Assembly: GCA_044222475.1 (NCBI GenBank)
Contig: JBGANF010000011.1
Coordinates: 42,626 to 106,625 of the forward strand
Reading direction: 5' to 3'
DNA length: 64,000 bases
From: Polyangiaceae bacterium
GTDB lineage: Bacteria; Myxococcota_A; Polyangia; Polyangiales; Polyangiaceae
Shown here: piece by piece, positions 54,359 to 63,649 of the stretch
Layout of the letters: every line of letters begins with the position of its first letter
Numbering within the stretch: position 1 is the first letter of the stretch
The notes under the pieces: generated by a model
The model's database searches: none
Told to the model about the DNA's origin: nothing
Seen by the model: only the letters and a program-made list of their open reading frames with translations
Translations under genes and position numbers: made by a program

Positions 54359-55153
54359 ATGTCGAGGCCGCCCGAAGGCACGGTCGAGCGTTGGGCGTGG
54401 GAGTACCTTCATGGGACGACGCTCGCAGGCAAGCTCGACCCGAAGGCTCGACCCCGCACGTGGGAGGTCGATCCGCCCGCGCGGCGAGTCGCGGCGCCAG
54501 GGCGGCCTCCGGAGCTTCGCATCGCGACGCGCCGGCACAAGCCGATGGGGAAGAACGCGCTAGAGCGGCGCGAGCGCCGCGTGGAGCTCGTACACACGTT
54601 TCTCCACCACGAGCTGCAGGCGGCCGAGCTGATGGCGTGGGCGCTGCTCGCGTTTCCCGACACCCCGCGTGCGTTTCGCGTCGGTCTCCTGGGAGTGCTC
54701 GATGACGAAGCGAGGCACATGCGCCTCTACGCCGACTACCTGGAGCGCCACGGCGCGACGTTCGGTGATCTACCGGTTCGAGATTGGTTCTGGGAGCGAC
54801 TCCCCTCGTGCACCACGCCCCGCGCGTTCGTGGCGACGATGGGGATGGGGTTCGAGGCCGGCAACCTCGACCACACGCGACGCTTCGCCGAGCGCTTGCG
54901 GGCGGCGGGTGACGAAGACGCCGCGACGATGACGGAGCTCGTCGGCGAAGAGGAGATCCCCCACGTGCGGTTCGCGATGCGGTGGTACGTGCGGTTCGGA
55001 GGCGATGCGACCTTCGCCGGTTGGCGCCGCGAGCTTCCGGCTCCGCTGTCGCCCATCCTCATGCGCGGCAAGCCCCTCGATCGCGCCGCCCGAAAGCGTG
55101 CAGGATACACGGACGAGTTCTTGGACGACCTCGAGCGCTTCGAGGCGACATGA
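54359..55153 (+). CDS. DUF455-family ferritin-like diiron protein
   Basis: HTFLHHELQAAEL..WA, DEARH, FEAGNLD and EEIPHVRF..RW. Confidence 0.85.
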   Translation: MSRPPEGTVERWAWEYLHGTTLAGKLDPKARPRTWEVDPPARRVAAPGRPPELRIATRRHKPMGKNALERRERRVELVHTFLHHELQAAELMAWALLAFPDTPRAFRVGLLGVLDDEARHMRLYADYLERHGATFGDLPVRDWFWERLPSCTTPRAFVATMGMGFEAGNLDHTRRFAERLRAAGDEDAATMTELVGEEEIPHVRFAMRWYVRFGGDATFAGWRRELPAPLSPILMRGKPLDRAARKRAGYTDEFLDDLERFEAT

Positions 55154-56007
55154 GCGCAGCGCCGACGCACGCGTTCGTGCTCAACCTCGACGCCGAGGAG
55201 GAGCTCGAGGACCCGAGCGCGCAGACGTCCACCGCCGCCGTTCGAGCTCGGATCGCGGTCCTCGCCCAGCGTTTGGTCGACCTCGTCGCCGGCGGGATCG
55301 TCGTGGAGGACGGGGTACGTGCCGACGGTGCGCGCGGGCTCGCGTGGTGCGCGACACCCAGCGCGCTCGCCCGGCTGCGGGCGGCGGGGGCCGTCCCGGC
55401 TGCGACGCCGCCGTTCGAGATCGTGCGGCGGGTCAACCACCGCCGCTTCTCGTTCGATCTCGGACCCACGTTGCCTGGCGAGACGTGGGCGACCAGCGTC
55501 GACGACGTGCGCCGCGCGCTCGCAGCCGGCGGCGAGTGGCTGCTCAAGGCGGGATACGGCTTCGCTGGCCGCGGTCGGGTGGTCCTAGCAGGACCGCCGA
55601 GTGACGCGGACCTCGCGCGCATCGCGCGGCTCGTCGCCGGCGGCGGAGCTCAGCTCGAGCCGCTCGTGCGGCGGCGCGCCGACTACGCGATGCACGGCTG
55701 GCTCGCAGCGAGCGGCGAGCTGACGCGTGGCGGGCTGACGCGTCAACGATGCGACGAGCGCGGCGCCTGGCTCGGAACCGAGCGCTTCGACGAGGACGAC
55801 GTGGCCGTCCCTTTGTGGGACGAGCTCGAAGGTGTCGCGCGTGCGCTCCACGACGCCGGATACTTCGGCCCGTTCGGTATCGACGCGTTCACCTGGGAGG
55901 CGCCCGGGGGAGCGGTCGCTCTCCGCCGTCGCTGCGAGATCAACGCGCGCTACTCGATGGGCTGGGCGATCGGGATGGGCTCGACCCGACCCGACCTGGC
56001 TCAGTAG
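55150..56007 (+). CDS. ATP-grasp-like protein of unknown function
   Basis: WLLKAGYGFAGRG, QLEPLV, YFGPFGIDAF and CEINAR follow the ATP-grasp order K...GxG...E...D...ExNxR. ATGA overlap with the DUF455 gene. Confidence 0.72.
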   Translation: MSAAPTHAFVLNLDAEEELEDPSAQTSTAAVRARIAVLAQRLVDLVAGGIVVEDGVRADGARGLAWCATPSALARLRAAGAVPAATPPFEIVRRVNHRRFSFDLGPTLPGETWATSVDDVRRALAAGGEWLLKAGYGFAGRGRVVLAGPPSDADLARIARLVAGGGAQLEPLVRRRADYAMHGWLAASGELTRGGLTRQRCDERGAWLGTERFDEDDVAVPLWDELEGVARALHDAGYFGPFGIDAFTWEAPGGAVALRRRCEINARYSMGWAIGMGSTRPDLAQ

Positions 56008-57047
56008 AGCCCGTTCGACGGCGGATCGAACGAAGCGAGGACCACGACGTTCACGACCGCCGTCACGACGTGAAGGCCCAGCGCGATCGCGGCTGGGCGG
56101 AAGTGCTCGCTCTGGCGTCGCCGAACGACGACCGCGAGCGCGAGCGCGGGTGCGAGCTGGATCATGGGTGCGACGAGCACGAAGCGAGTCGCGCTCACGG
56201 CGAGGACGAGGAGCGACGTGAGCGACAGCGCGGCGAGCGTCCCCACCACCGCGACTCGCCGGGGAGCGACGCGCGCGAGCATGGGCACCTCGACCGCGAG
56301 CGCGATCGCGATGCACACGAGATCGGCCGCGAGGCCGCATGTCCGCCGCGCGAGCGCATCCGCAGTGCCGAGGAGCAGCGCAAGTCGCACCGAGAACGAC
56401 AGCATCGAGACGGCGAGCCGCGTACTCGCCACCGGGCCTAGATCGTTCGAGGCGGGCTCGGCGGGGATCGCGATGCCGATGTATCGCCGAAGCTCCCACG
56501 CGCCGACGCCGAGGAGCAGCCAGCTCGATCGCGCGAGGAGCTCGACCTCCGCGCAGCGCTCGGCGCCGGGGACGTACAGCGCGATCGCCCGCACGATCGC
56601 CCAGTGAGCACCGACCGCCGCGGCGAGCCGGAGCGGAAAGCCGAAGGAGCGGCGTTGGAGACGGCGATGGATGACGAGGAGCGCGACCGCACCGGTGGCG
56701 ATGCTCGCGTAGCGAATCGGCCAAGTGAGGACCGCGGGCATCGCGTAGCCGGTGACGGCGACCCAGACGCCGGTGTTCATGTACGCGGTCGCGAGGACGA
56801 GCGCCGCCACGGTCGCGACCACGCTGCGGTTCGACACTCCGGCGACCCCGAGCCCGAGGATGATGCCCGCGCCTCCGAGGGCCAGCATGACCGCGAGCGT
56901 CGAGTCCCACGCGTGGAAGTAGAGCGTCGTCAGCGAGGCGAACGAGAGCGCCCCGCCGACGGCGACGAGCCCGAGGGCGAGGCGCGGGCGCGACGGATCG
57001 GGGAGGGTCGCGCCGAGCTCACCGTGGGCGCGGTAAGGCGTCGCCAT
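56001..57047 (-). CDS. Multi-pass membrane hypothetical protein
   Basis: Starts MATPYR; about 10 hydrophobic segments; TATGCT box 6 nt upstream of the start. Confidence 0.65.
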   Translation of the reverse strand: MATPYRAHGELGATLPDPSRPRLALGLVAVGGALSFASLTTLYFHAWDSTLAVMLALGGAGIILGLGVAGVSNRSVVATVAALVLATAYMNTGVWVAVTGYAMPAVLTWPIRYASIATGAVALLVIHRRLQRRSFGFPLRLAAAVGAHWAIVRAIALYVPGAERCAEVELLARSSWLLLGVGAWELRRYIGIAIPAEPASNDLGPVASTRLAVSMLSFSVRLALLLGTADALARRTCGLAADLVCIAIALAVEVPMLARVAPRRVAVVGTLAALSLTSLLVLAVSATRFVLVAPMIQLAPALALAVVVRRRQSEHFRPAAIALGLHVVTAVVNVVVLASFDPPSNGLY

Positions 57048-57085
57048 CGACCCAGCATAGCGCGATCCTCTGGTACGGTCCGCGC

Positions 57086-58264
57086 ATGAGCCGTCACGTC
57101 GTCGCGCTGCCGTTCGTCCTCGCCTTCGTCGGCGCTTGTGCCGCACCTCCAGCGCCGCCGGTCGCTCCCGTCGCCGCGGCTCCGCCGGTCGATCGCGACG
57201 CTGCCTTGCGCGACGTGACCTGGGTCCTCGACGATCTCCACGACGCAGCGGCCCACGCCGACGAGCCGCGCTACTTCGCGCACTTCGCCGCCGACTCGGT
57301 CTTCCTCGGGACCGACGCGACCGAACGATGGGACGTCGCAGCGTTCAAGGCCTACGCCCACCCCCGGTTCTCCACCGGTCACGGCTGGGTGTTCCACTCG
57401 ACGCGGCGGGTCGTCTCGCTCTCGGCCGACGGCACGCTCGCTTGGTTCGACGAGGACCTCACCGGTGAGAAGCTCGGCGCCGCGCGCGGCAGCGGCGTTC
57501 TTCGTCGCGCAGGCGATCACTTCGTCGTCGTCCAATACAACCTCGCGCTCACGATCCCGAACGATCGCTTCGAAGCCGTCCATGCGATCGTCGATCCGAC
57601 GTCGTCGGTTGCTGCGGCGAAGAGGTCGTACGACGCAGCCGTCACCGCGGCCACCAGCGGTGACCTCGCGCAGGCGCGGAAGCTGCTCCGCGATCTCTTG
57701 CAGCGCGCGAGGGCTCGCCCCGACGACGACGCCGAGTTTTGGCTCCACAACCAGCTCACCTGGGTCGAGTGGGCGGACGCCCAGCCGGTGGAGGCCCTAC
57801 GCGAGGCGGACGAATCCAAGATTGCCGCGCTGCACGCGGCGCTTCCGGCCGATCGGACGCGAGCGCTCCTCCTTCATCACTACTGGGATCGCGCGTACCT
57901 CCTGCGCGAGGCAGCGACCGCCGGTCACGACGAAAAGAAGCTCCTCCAAGCGGCGCTCGACGCGAAGGGCGTCTACGACGCGCTCGCGCGCGAGGCGCAC
58001 GACGACGACGGCATGAACGTGCTCGCCACGTTCTTCGCCGTTCGCAAGGGCGACGCGAAGGCCGCCCTCGACGCGGCCAAGAAGGTCGACGCCGCGAAGG
58101 ACTCCGACCTGCAGGACCTCTACGTCCTCGCGCTCGGGTACGAGCTCGCGAAGGACGCCGCGACGGCGTCCGCGCTCCGCGCGCGGATCTGCGACGCGAA
58201 GCCCTACTTGATGAAGCCGCTCATCGTGCGAACCCTCGCGAAGGAGGGGCACGCCTGCCCCTGA
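57086..58264 (+). CDS. NTF2/SnoaL-like lipoprotein with helical (TPR-like) C-terminal domain
   Basis: VGAC lipobox; FLGTDATERW, AWFDEDL, RGSGVL and QYNLALTIPND. Confidence 0.82.
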   Translation: MSRHVVALPFVLAFVGACAAPPAPPVAPVAAAPPVDRDAALRDVTWVLDDLHDAAAHADEPRYFAHFAADSVFLGTDATERWDVAAFKAYAHPRFSTGHGWVFHSTRRVVSLSADGTLAWFDEDLTGEKLGAARGSGVLRRAGDHFVVVQYNLALTIPNDRFEAVHAIVDPTSSVAAAKRSYDAAVTAATSGDLAQARKLLRDLLQRARARPDDDAEFWLHNQLTWVEWADAQPVEALREADESKIAALHAALPADRTRALLLHHYWDRAYLLREAATAGHDEKKLLQAALDAKGVYDALAREAHDDDGMNVLATFFAVRKGDAKAALDAAKKVDAAKDSDLQDLYVLALGYELAKDAATASALRARICDAKPYLMKPLIVRTLAKEGHACP

Positions 58265-58265
58265 A

Positions 58266-58293
58266 GGCGCGAGCCGCCTTCCCCAGAGTCAGG
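58266..58293 (-). repeat. REP-like element (short copy)
   Basis: Minus strand reads CCTGACTCTGGGGAAGGCGGCTCGCGCC, 27/28 identical to 10813-10840. Confidence 0.75.
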
Positions 58294-58597
58294 GCAGCCC
58301 TTGAGCGAGCTTCTTCGGACCCTCTTGGAAGAGGATCTCCACCTTGCCCTGCTCGACGCCGACGACGACGCCCTTGCCGAACTTCGTGTGGGCGACGAAC
58401 GCCGCCTTGGCGAAGGTCGACTTCGGCGAGTACGCGGTGAAGCTCTCGTCCGGGAGGGTCGCGATCTCTTTCTCCCAATCCCACACCTTCTCGGGGGGCC
58501 GCTTGGTCAGAAATCCGTCGTCCTCGTTTTCGTTGCCCTTGGTACGCCGTACCTCGCGCGCGCGCTTCATCGACATGCGGGCGTCCATATAGCCCAT
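58289..58597 (-). CDS. Small protein with Tudor/SH3-like C-terminal domain
   Basis: 'VAHTKFGKGVVVGVEQGKVEILFQEGPKKL' resembles the HxKFGxGxV Tudor-like motif of UvrD/PcrA C-termini. Confidence 0.68.
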   Translation of the reverse strand: MGYMDARMSMKRAREVRRTKGNENEDDGFLTKRPPEKVWDWEKEIATLPDESFTAYSPKSTFAKAAFVAHTKFGKGVVVGVEQGKVEILFQEGPKKLAQGLP

Positions 58598-58634
58598 CGC
58601 GCGCGCTTGGCTAGAGTCGAGTAGCATCGGGGCC

Positions 58635-60272
58635 GTGGAGAAGCCGATTTTCCCGGAAGGGTTCAACCTCGCCGACTACTACCTCTTTGCCCGCCTCACC
58701 GAAGGCTTCGCCGAGAAACCGGCGATCCTGTGGGGCGATCGCCGGCTCACGTACGCCGAGGTCGCGGCGAAGACGCGCGCGTTCGCGTCGCTGCTCCTCG
58801 ATCGAGGGATTCGGCGTGGCGAGCGCGTGCTCATCGTGCTCCCCGACATGCCGCCGTTCGCGTGGGTGTTCTTCGGAACGCTCGCCGCTGGCAACGTGGT
58901 CGCGATGGGAAACCCGGACGTCCCGGCGTCGAGCATCGAGTACCTCGTCGATTACACCCGCGCGACCGTCGTCGTGACCGTGCCCAAGGTCCACGCGGCG
59001 CTCCTGGAGGCGCGCGCGGCCGGGCGTTGCGGAGCCGAGGTGCGTGCGACCTTCGTGGTCCCCGACGCCGCGACCGGCGCCGACTGGGATGCGCTCCCCG
59101 CCGACATCGCCGGGACCGACGTCGATCTCGCGCGCCAACTGCGCGATGTCCCAATTCGGGACAAGTTCCCCCAGACCCACCGCGACGAGCCGGCGATCTG
59201 GCTCTTCACCAGCGGGTCGACGGGCGAGCCCAAGGCGAACGTCCACGCGCACCGGGACTTCGCGTTCAACACCGAGGTGTACGCGAAGCGCACGGTGGGC
59301 TACCGCGCCGGCGACGTCAGCGTGAGCGTGCCTCGTCTGTATTTCGGCTACGCGACCGGCACGAACCTGATGTTTCCGTTCGCCGTCGGTGCGACGGTCG
59401 GCCTCTTCTCGGAGCGCCCCACCCCCGACGCGCTGACGAAGGCGATCGAGCGCTATGCGCCCACGATCGTCACGAACGTGCCCACGATGCTCGGCAAGCT
59501 GCTCGACCACGACCAGAAGCTCCGCGAAGCGGGCGGCAAGGGTCTCGACTTCTCGAGCATCCGCTTCTCGCTCTCGGCCGGCGAAGCGCTACCGGAGGCG
59601 CTCCTCCGTCGTTGGCTCGACCGGTTCGCGAGCGACGTCTACGACGGCATCGGCTCGGCGGAGATGTTCCACATCTACGCGTCGAACCGCCCCGGTGACA
59701 TCAAGCCCGGATCGCTCGGAAAAGCGGTCGAAGGCTACGAGCTCCGCATCCTGCCCGAAGAGGCCGACGGCGCTGGCGCGGAGCCGTGCGCTCCCGGCGA
59801 GATCGGCGTCCTCTGGGTGCGCGGCGACAGCGTGTCGATGGGGTATTGGCTCGATCGGGACAAGAGCTGGAAGACGTTTCACGGTCACTGGTGCCGTACC
59901 GGCGATCTCTTTCGCGTCGACTTCGAGGGCTACCTCTACTTCGCCGGCCGCGCCGACGAGCTGCTCAAGGTGAGCGGGCTGTGGGTGTCGCCGGTCGAGG
60001 TCGAAGAGTGCCTGATGAACCACGAGGCCGTGTCGCTCGCCGCGGTGATCGGCGTCGAAGAGGATGGGCTCCTCAAGACGAAAGCGTTCGTCGTTCTCCG
60101 CTCCGGCGCGGAGCGGTCCGACGCGCTCGCGACCGAGCTCAAGGAGTTCGTCAAAGGAAAGCTCGCGATGCACAAGTACCCGCGCATCATCGAGTTCGTG
60201 GACGACGTGCCCAAGAACGATCGCGGCAAGGTCGATCGCAAGGCGCTGCGCGCGCAGAGCGCGAAGCGATGA
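58635..60272 (+). CDS. Benzoate/2-aminobenzoate-CoA ligase-family enzyme
   Basis: FTSGSTGEPK, YFGYATG, SAGEALP, DGIGSAEMFHIY, RTGD, GRADELLKVSG and KYPR. Confidence 0.92.
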   Translation: MEKPIFPEGFNLADYYLFARLTEGFAEKPAILWGDRRLTYAEVAAKTRAFASLLLDRGIRRGERVLIVLPDMPPFAWVFFGTLAAGNVVAMGNPDVPASSIEYLVDYTRATVVVTVPKVHAALLEARAAGRCGAEVRATFVVPDAATGADWDALPADIAGTDVDLARQLRDVPIRDKFPQTHRDEPAIWLFTSGSTGEPKANVHAHRDFAFNTEVYAKRTVGYRAGDVSVSVPRLYFGYATGTNLMFPFAVGATVGLFSERPTPDALTKAIERYAPTIVTNVPTMLGKLLDHDQKLREAGGKGLDFSSIRFSLSAGEALPEALLRRWLDRFASDVYDGIGSAEMFHIYASNRPGDIKPGSLGKAVEGYELRILPEEADGAGAEPCAPGEIGVLWVRGDSVSMGYWLDRDKSWKTFHGHWCRTGDLFRVDFEGYLYFAGRADELLKVSGLWVSPVEVEECLMNHEAVSLAAVIGVEEDGLLKTKAFVVLRSGAERSDALATELKEFVKGKLAMHKYPRIIEFVDDVPKNDRGKVDRKALRAQSAKR

Positions 60273-61015
60273 GTCGTCCGATTCGCCTCGCCGAGCTGAC
60301 CACCGAGGAGACGCGCACGCTGCTCGAGCGCCCGCGCACCGCGGCGCTCGTCCCGGTGGGAAGCGTCGAGCCCCACGGCCCGCACCTCCCCCTCGCGACC
60401 GACACGATCCTGAGCGAGGTCGCGTGCGTGCGCGCTCTTCCGCTGCTCGATGCGCGCGCGATCGAAGCGGTCGTCGCGCCGTCGGTCCCCTACGGAGTGA
60501 CCGACTACGCCAGCGGCTTCGCCGGCGCGCTGAGCGTGCCGCGCGCGGCGTTGATCGCGTACCTCCAGGCAGTCGCGCAAGCGTTGCTCGGCGCCGGGTT
60601 CCAGCGCGTCGCGCTGGTGAACAACCACCTCGAGCCCGCCCACGACGCCGCCGTTCGCGAGGCCGCTGGCGCGTTCCCCGGTCGAGTCGTCGTCGCTTGC
60701 CCGTTGACGAAGCGGTGGGGCCGCACCCTCTCCGACGAGTTCAAGCGCGGCAACTGCCACGCCGGTCGCTACGAGTCGTCGCTGGTCCTCGCCGCCGGCG
60801 CGCGCGTGCGCGAGGACAAACGCGTGCGCCTCGCGAGCATCGCGACGAGCCTCTCCGACGGGATCAAGGCGGGCAAGGCGACCTTCGCCGAGATGGGCCT
60901 CGACCAGGCGTACACCGGCGCGCCGGCGGACGCGACCAAGGACGAAGGCGACGAGCTCTACGCGAAGCTCGCCGAGATGATCGCGACCGAGGTGTCGGAG
61001 AGCTTCACCACCTGA
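60269..61015 (+). CDS. Creatininase-family amidohydrolase
   Basis: PVGSVEPHGPHLPLATD, VNNH and HAGRYESS; ATGA overlap with the ligase gene. Confidence 0.9.
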   Translation: MSRPIRLAELTTEETRTLLERPRTAALVPVGSVEPHGPHLPLATDTILSEVACVRALPLLDARAIEAVVAPSVPYGVTDYASGFAGALSVPRAALIAYLQAVAQALLGAGFQRVALVNNHLEPAHDAAVREAAGAFPGRVVVACPLTKRWGRTLSDEFKRGNCHAGRYESSLVLAAGARVREDKRVRLASIATSLSDGIKAGKATFAEMGLDQAYTGAPADATKDEGDELYAKLAEMIATEVSESFTT

Positions 61016-61057
61016 ACCGCTTGCGCGGCCGTGCGTGCGCGGTAGGTTCCCGCGCAA

Positions 61058-61390
61058 ATGCGCACCGTGCTCCTCCTCGTCGCTTCGAACCTCTTCATGA
61101 CGTACGCGTGGTACGGACACCTGAAGACGCTCAAGGGCTACCCGTGGTGGGTCGCCGTCCTCGCGAGCTGGGGCGTCGCGTTCTTCGAGTACCTGCTCCA
61201 GGTTCCGGCGAACCGCCTCGGCTTCGGCCAGTTCTCGCTCGGTCAGCTCAAGATCATCCAGGAGATCATCACGCTCGCGGTGTTCGTCCCGTTCGCGATC
61301 TTCTTCATGAAGGAGAAGCTGCGGCTCGACTTCCTCTGGGCGGGCCTCTGCATGGTCGGCGCGGCGTACTTCATCTTTCGCGGACGCTGA
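61058..61390 (+). CDS. Small DMT-family membrane protein
   Basis: SNLFMTYAWYGHLK, SWGVAFFEYLLQVPANRLG and QLKIIQE. Confidence 0.9.
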   Translation: MRTVLLLVASNLFMTYAWYGHLKTLKGYPWWVAVLASWGVAFFEYLLQVPANRLGFGQFSLGQLKIIQEIITLAVFVPFAIFFMKEKLRLDFLWAGLCMVGAAYFIFRGR

Positions 61391-61396
61391 CGCGGG

Positions 61397-61852
61397 TCAC
61401 GCGCGATCGAGCAGCTCTCTCAGCTGGGCGCGCGTCCACGGCTCGCCCGCCTCCGCGATCCTGCCGAGGACCCACTCGATGGCGGGATCCTTGTCACCGA
61501 AGACCTTCGTCGGCGTCGGCGGCTTGGAGACCAGCATCGACGTCGAGAGGAACGCGCGAACCGCCGAGCCCACGAGCCCTTCGACCAAGATCACGTGCGC
61601 CGTCGCGAGTCGATACATGTCCCCGAGGGCACCGATGCGATTGGTCTCCGCTCGAACCTCGGAGCTGAAGTCGGGCTTGCCGGAGAGGATGACGTTGAAC
61701 AGCCCCGTTCGGTTCGGGTAGCGCTTCTCGAGCGCGTGGCCCTCGCGCTCGAACAGGCGAAGCTGCTTCACCGTCGGCGCATCTCGCCACGCGACGACGC
61801 TGACGTTGCGCTCGGTGGTGATCCGAAGCGTACCCTCCTCGACGACCGTCAT
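61397..61852 (-). CDS. Hypothetical protein, possibly STAS/SEC14-like
   Basis: Intact 151-aa ORF. The 'PTKVFGDKDPAIEWV' tail resembles SpoIIAA-like myxobacterial proteins. Confidence 0.6.
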   Translation of the reverse strand: MTVVEEGTLRITTERNVSVVAWRDAPTVKQLRLFEREGHALEKRYPNRTGLFNVILSGKPDFSSEVRAETNRIGALGDMYRLATAHVILVEGLVGSAVRAFLSTSMLVSKPPTPTKVFGDKDPAIEWVLGRIAEAGEPWTRAQLRELLDRA

Positions 61853-61867
61853 CGGGGGCCGATCTTA

Positions 61868-62890
61868 CTACGTCGAAGGGTGCAGCGTCGCCCTCCGCTC
61901 GAACGGGGTGAGCCCCGTCCACCGCTTGAACGCGCGGAAGAACGCGCTCGGCTCGGAGAACCCGAGGAGGAACGAGATCTCCGCGAACGACATGCCTTGG
62001 CCGAGGTACCGATCCGCGAGCTCGCGCCGCATGCCGTCGCGCACCGCCTGGAACGACGTGTCCTCGTCCTTCAGTCGGCGCTGGAGGCTGCGGCCGGTCA
62101 TCCCGAGGCGCTTCGCCACTGCGTCGAGCTGGGCGTCGTCGTTGCTCAACGCCGCGCGGAGTGCGCGCCGCACCTGATCGGTGAGCGGAGGATGTGTCGT
62201 CTTCTTCGAGCGCTTCTCCTCCGCCGCGGGGATGAGGATCGCGAGGAGGTTCGGGTCCGCCGTCGTCAGCGGTGCGTCGAGCGAGGCCTTCGAGAACGCG
62301 AGCTCGGTGTGCTTCGCCCCGAAGCGAACGGGCCCGCCGAAGAACGCGCGGTGGCGCGCGGCTTGCGGCTCGCCGACGCGATGGGTGAAGCGCGCCTCGG
62401 CGCCGGGGAACGCCGGCCCGAGCATCGCGCGCGCGTGATGGACGACGAGCGCGAAGCACAGCTCGTGCGAGGCGGGCGCCGGCGCTTCGCTCTCGGTCAC
62501 GACGCGAAGGACCGTCTCGTTGCGTTCGTCGACGAGCGCCACCTCGACGGCGTCGTCGAGGATGCCGAGGTAGCGCACCCACTGTTCCAGCGCGTGCCGC
62601 AGCGTGGGAGCCGAGCGGCACACGTACTCGACGATGCCGAACGCGCCCGGTGGCGTCGCCTTCGCGATCGAGAGGGCGAGCGCGTCGTCGCCGCTGAGTC
62701 GAACGGCCTCGGCCCAGGCGACGCAGAACTGTGCGGGGGACACGCGCGCGTCGGCGTCGGCGAGCATCTCCTTGGTGAGATCGGTCGCGTCGTAGAACGC
62801 GGCCAGCGCCTCCGGCGAGCGCGCCAGCGCTTCGGCGAGCGGGCGCACGAGCACGGTGCTGATCGAGGTCCGGGATCCCACGCGGCCCAT
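61868..62890 (-). CDS. AraC-family transcriptional regulator
   Basis: C-terminal HTH LGMTGRSLQRRL...EISFLLGFSEPSAFFRAFKRWTG. Confidence 0.95.
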   Translation of the reverse strand: MGRVGSRTSISTVLVRPLAEALARSPEALAAFYDATDLTKEMLADADARVSPAQFCVAWAEAVRLSGDDALALSIAKATPPGAFGIVEYVCRSAPTLRHALEQWVRYLGILDDAVEVALVDERNETVLRVVTESEAPAPASHELCFALVVHHARAMLGPAFPGAEARFTHRVGEPQAARHRAFFGGPVRFGAKHTELAFSKASLDAPLTTADPNLLAILIPAAEEKRSKKTTHPPLTDQVRRALRAALSNDDAQLDAVAKRLGMTGRSLQRRLKDEDTSFQAVRDGMRRELADRYLGQGMSFAEISFLLGFSEPSAFFRAFKRWTGLTPFERRATLHPST

Positions 62891-62894
62891 CGTA

Positions 62895-63269
62895 TCAACC
62901 GAGCTGGGAAAACACCGCAAGCCATCCGATGCCGGCGGGGAGGGCGAACGCCGCCGACGCAAGGGCGGCGCGGTCGATGCCTTGGCGGCGCGCGAGCGGG
63001 ATCGAGATCGCGAACAGATCGCCGAAATCGGTGAGGGCGTTGAACACCAGCAGGAAGGCGAGGGCCTCGGGGTGGTTCAGCCCGTAGAACACGAGGACGC
63101 CGAGCCCGATGTCGCGCACGCCGAAGAGCCGGCCCATCAAGCGAGCGGTGGCGTTGTCGTGGCTCTTGGGGAATCCGAGGAGGCGCGAGCTCGGACCAGC
63201 CGCGACGAACGGCGTGAGCCCGAGGACGATGCGGCCGATGCCCATGGCGAAGATGATGGTGTGGAGCAT
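62895..63269 (-). CDS. DUF4267-like small membrane protein
   Basis: GRIVLG and RLFGVRDIGLG motifs; 4 hydrophobic segments; AGGA RBS. Confidence 0.7.
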   Translation of the reverse strand: MLHTIIFAMGIGRIVLGLTPFVAAGPSSRLLGFPKSHDNATARLMGRLFGVRDIGLGVLVFYGLNHPEALAFLLVFNALTDFGDLFAISIPLARRQGIDRAALASAAFALPAGIGWLAVFSQLG

Positions 63270-63649
63270 GAGGTCTTCCTGAATCGAGTGAAGGCGCGCC
63301 CGAGGAGGAGCGTGCCGACGAAGGGGAGGGGCAGAGACGTAACGAGACCGGAGTCCCAGGAGAGCGTGTAGACTGCACGTAAAACGTGGTGGGCCTCGGC
63401 GAGCATCGCGATCCCGAAGAGCGCGACCACGACGCGCCGCGCGACCCCGCCGCGAGCGAAGAGCAGGGTCGTGACGAGGCCGAGGGCGAAGGTGACCTGA
63501 AACACGAGGTACGCGGCGTGGCGCGGACCGAGCGAGGCGAGCGGCTCGTAGGCGGACGCGATCAGCCGGTCGTCGTGCATCCCGGTGAGCGCCTCCTCGG
63601 CGAGGTGCGGGAGGTAGAGCGCGACGGCGATCGCGAAGAGCCTCTTCAC
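63137..63649 (-). CDS. HXXEE-domain membrane protein
   Basis: PHLAEE motif and hydrophobic helices; GTG start overlaps the upstream stop. Confidence 0.7.
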   Translation of the reverse strand: MKRLFAIAVALYLPHLAEEALTGMHDDRLIASAYEPLASLGPRHAAYLVFQVTFALGLVTTLLFARGGVARRVVVALFGIAMLAEAHHVLRAVYTLSWDSGLVTSLPLPFVGTLLLGRAFTRFRKTSCSTPSSSPWASAASSSGSRRSSRLVRARASSDSPRATTTPPLA

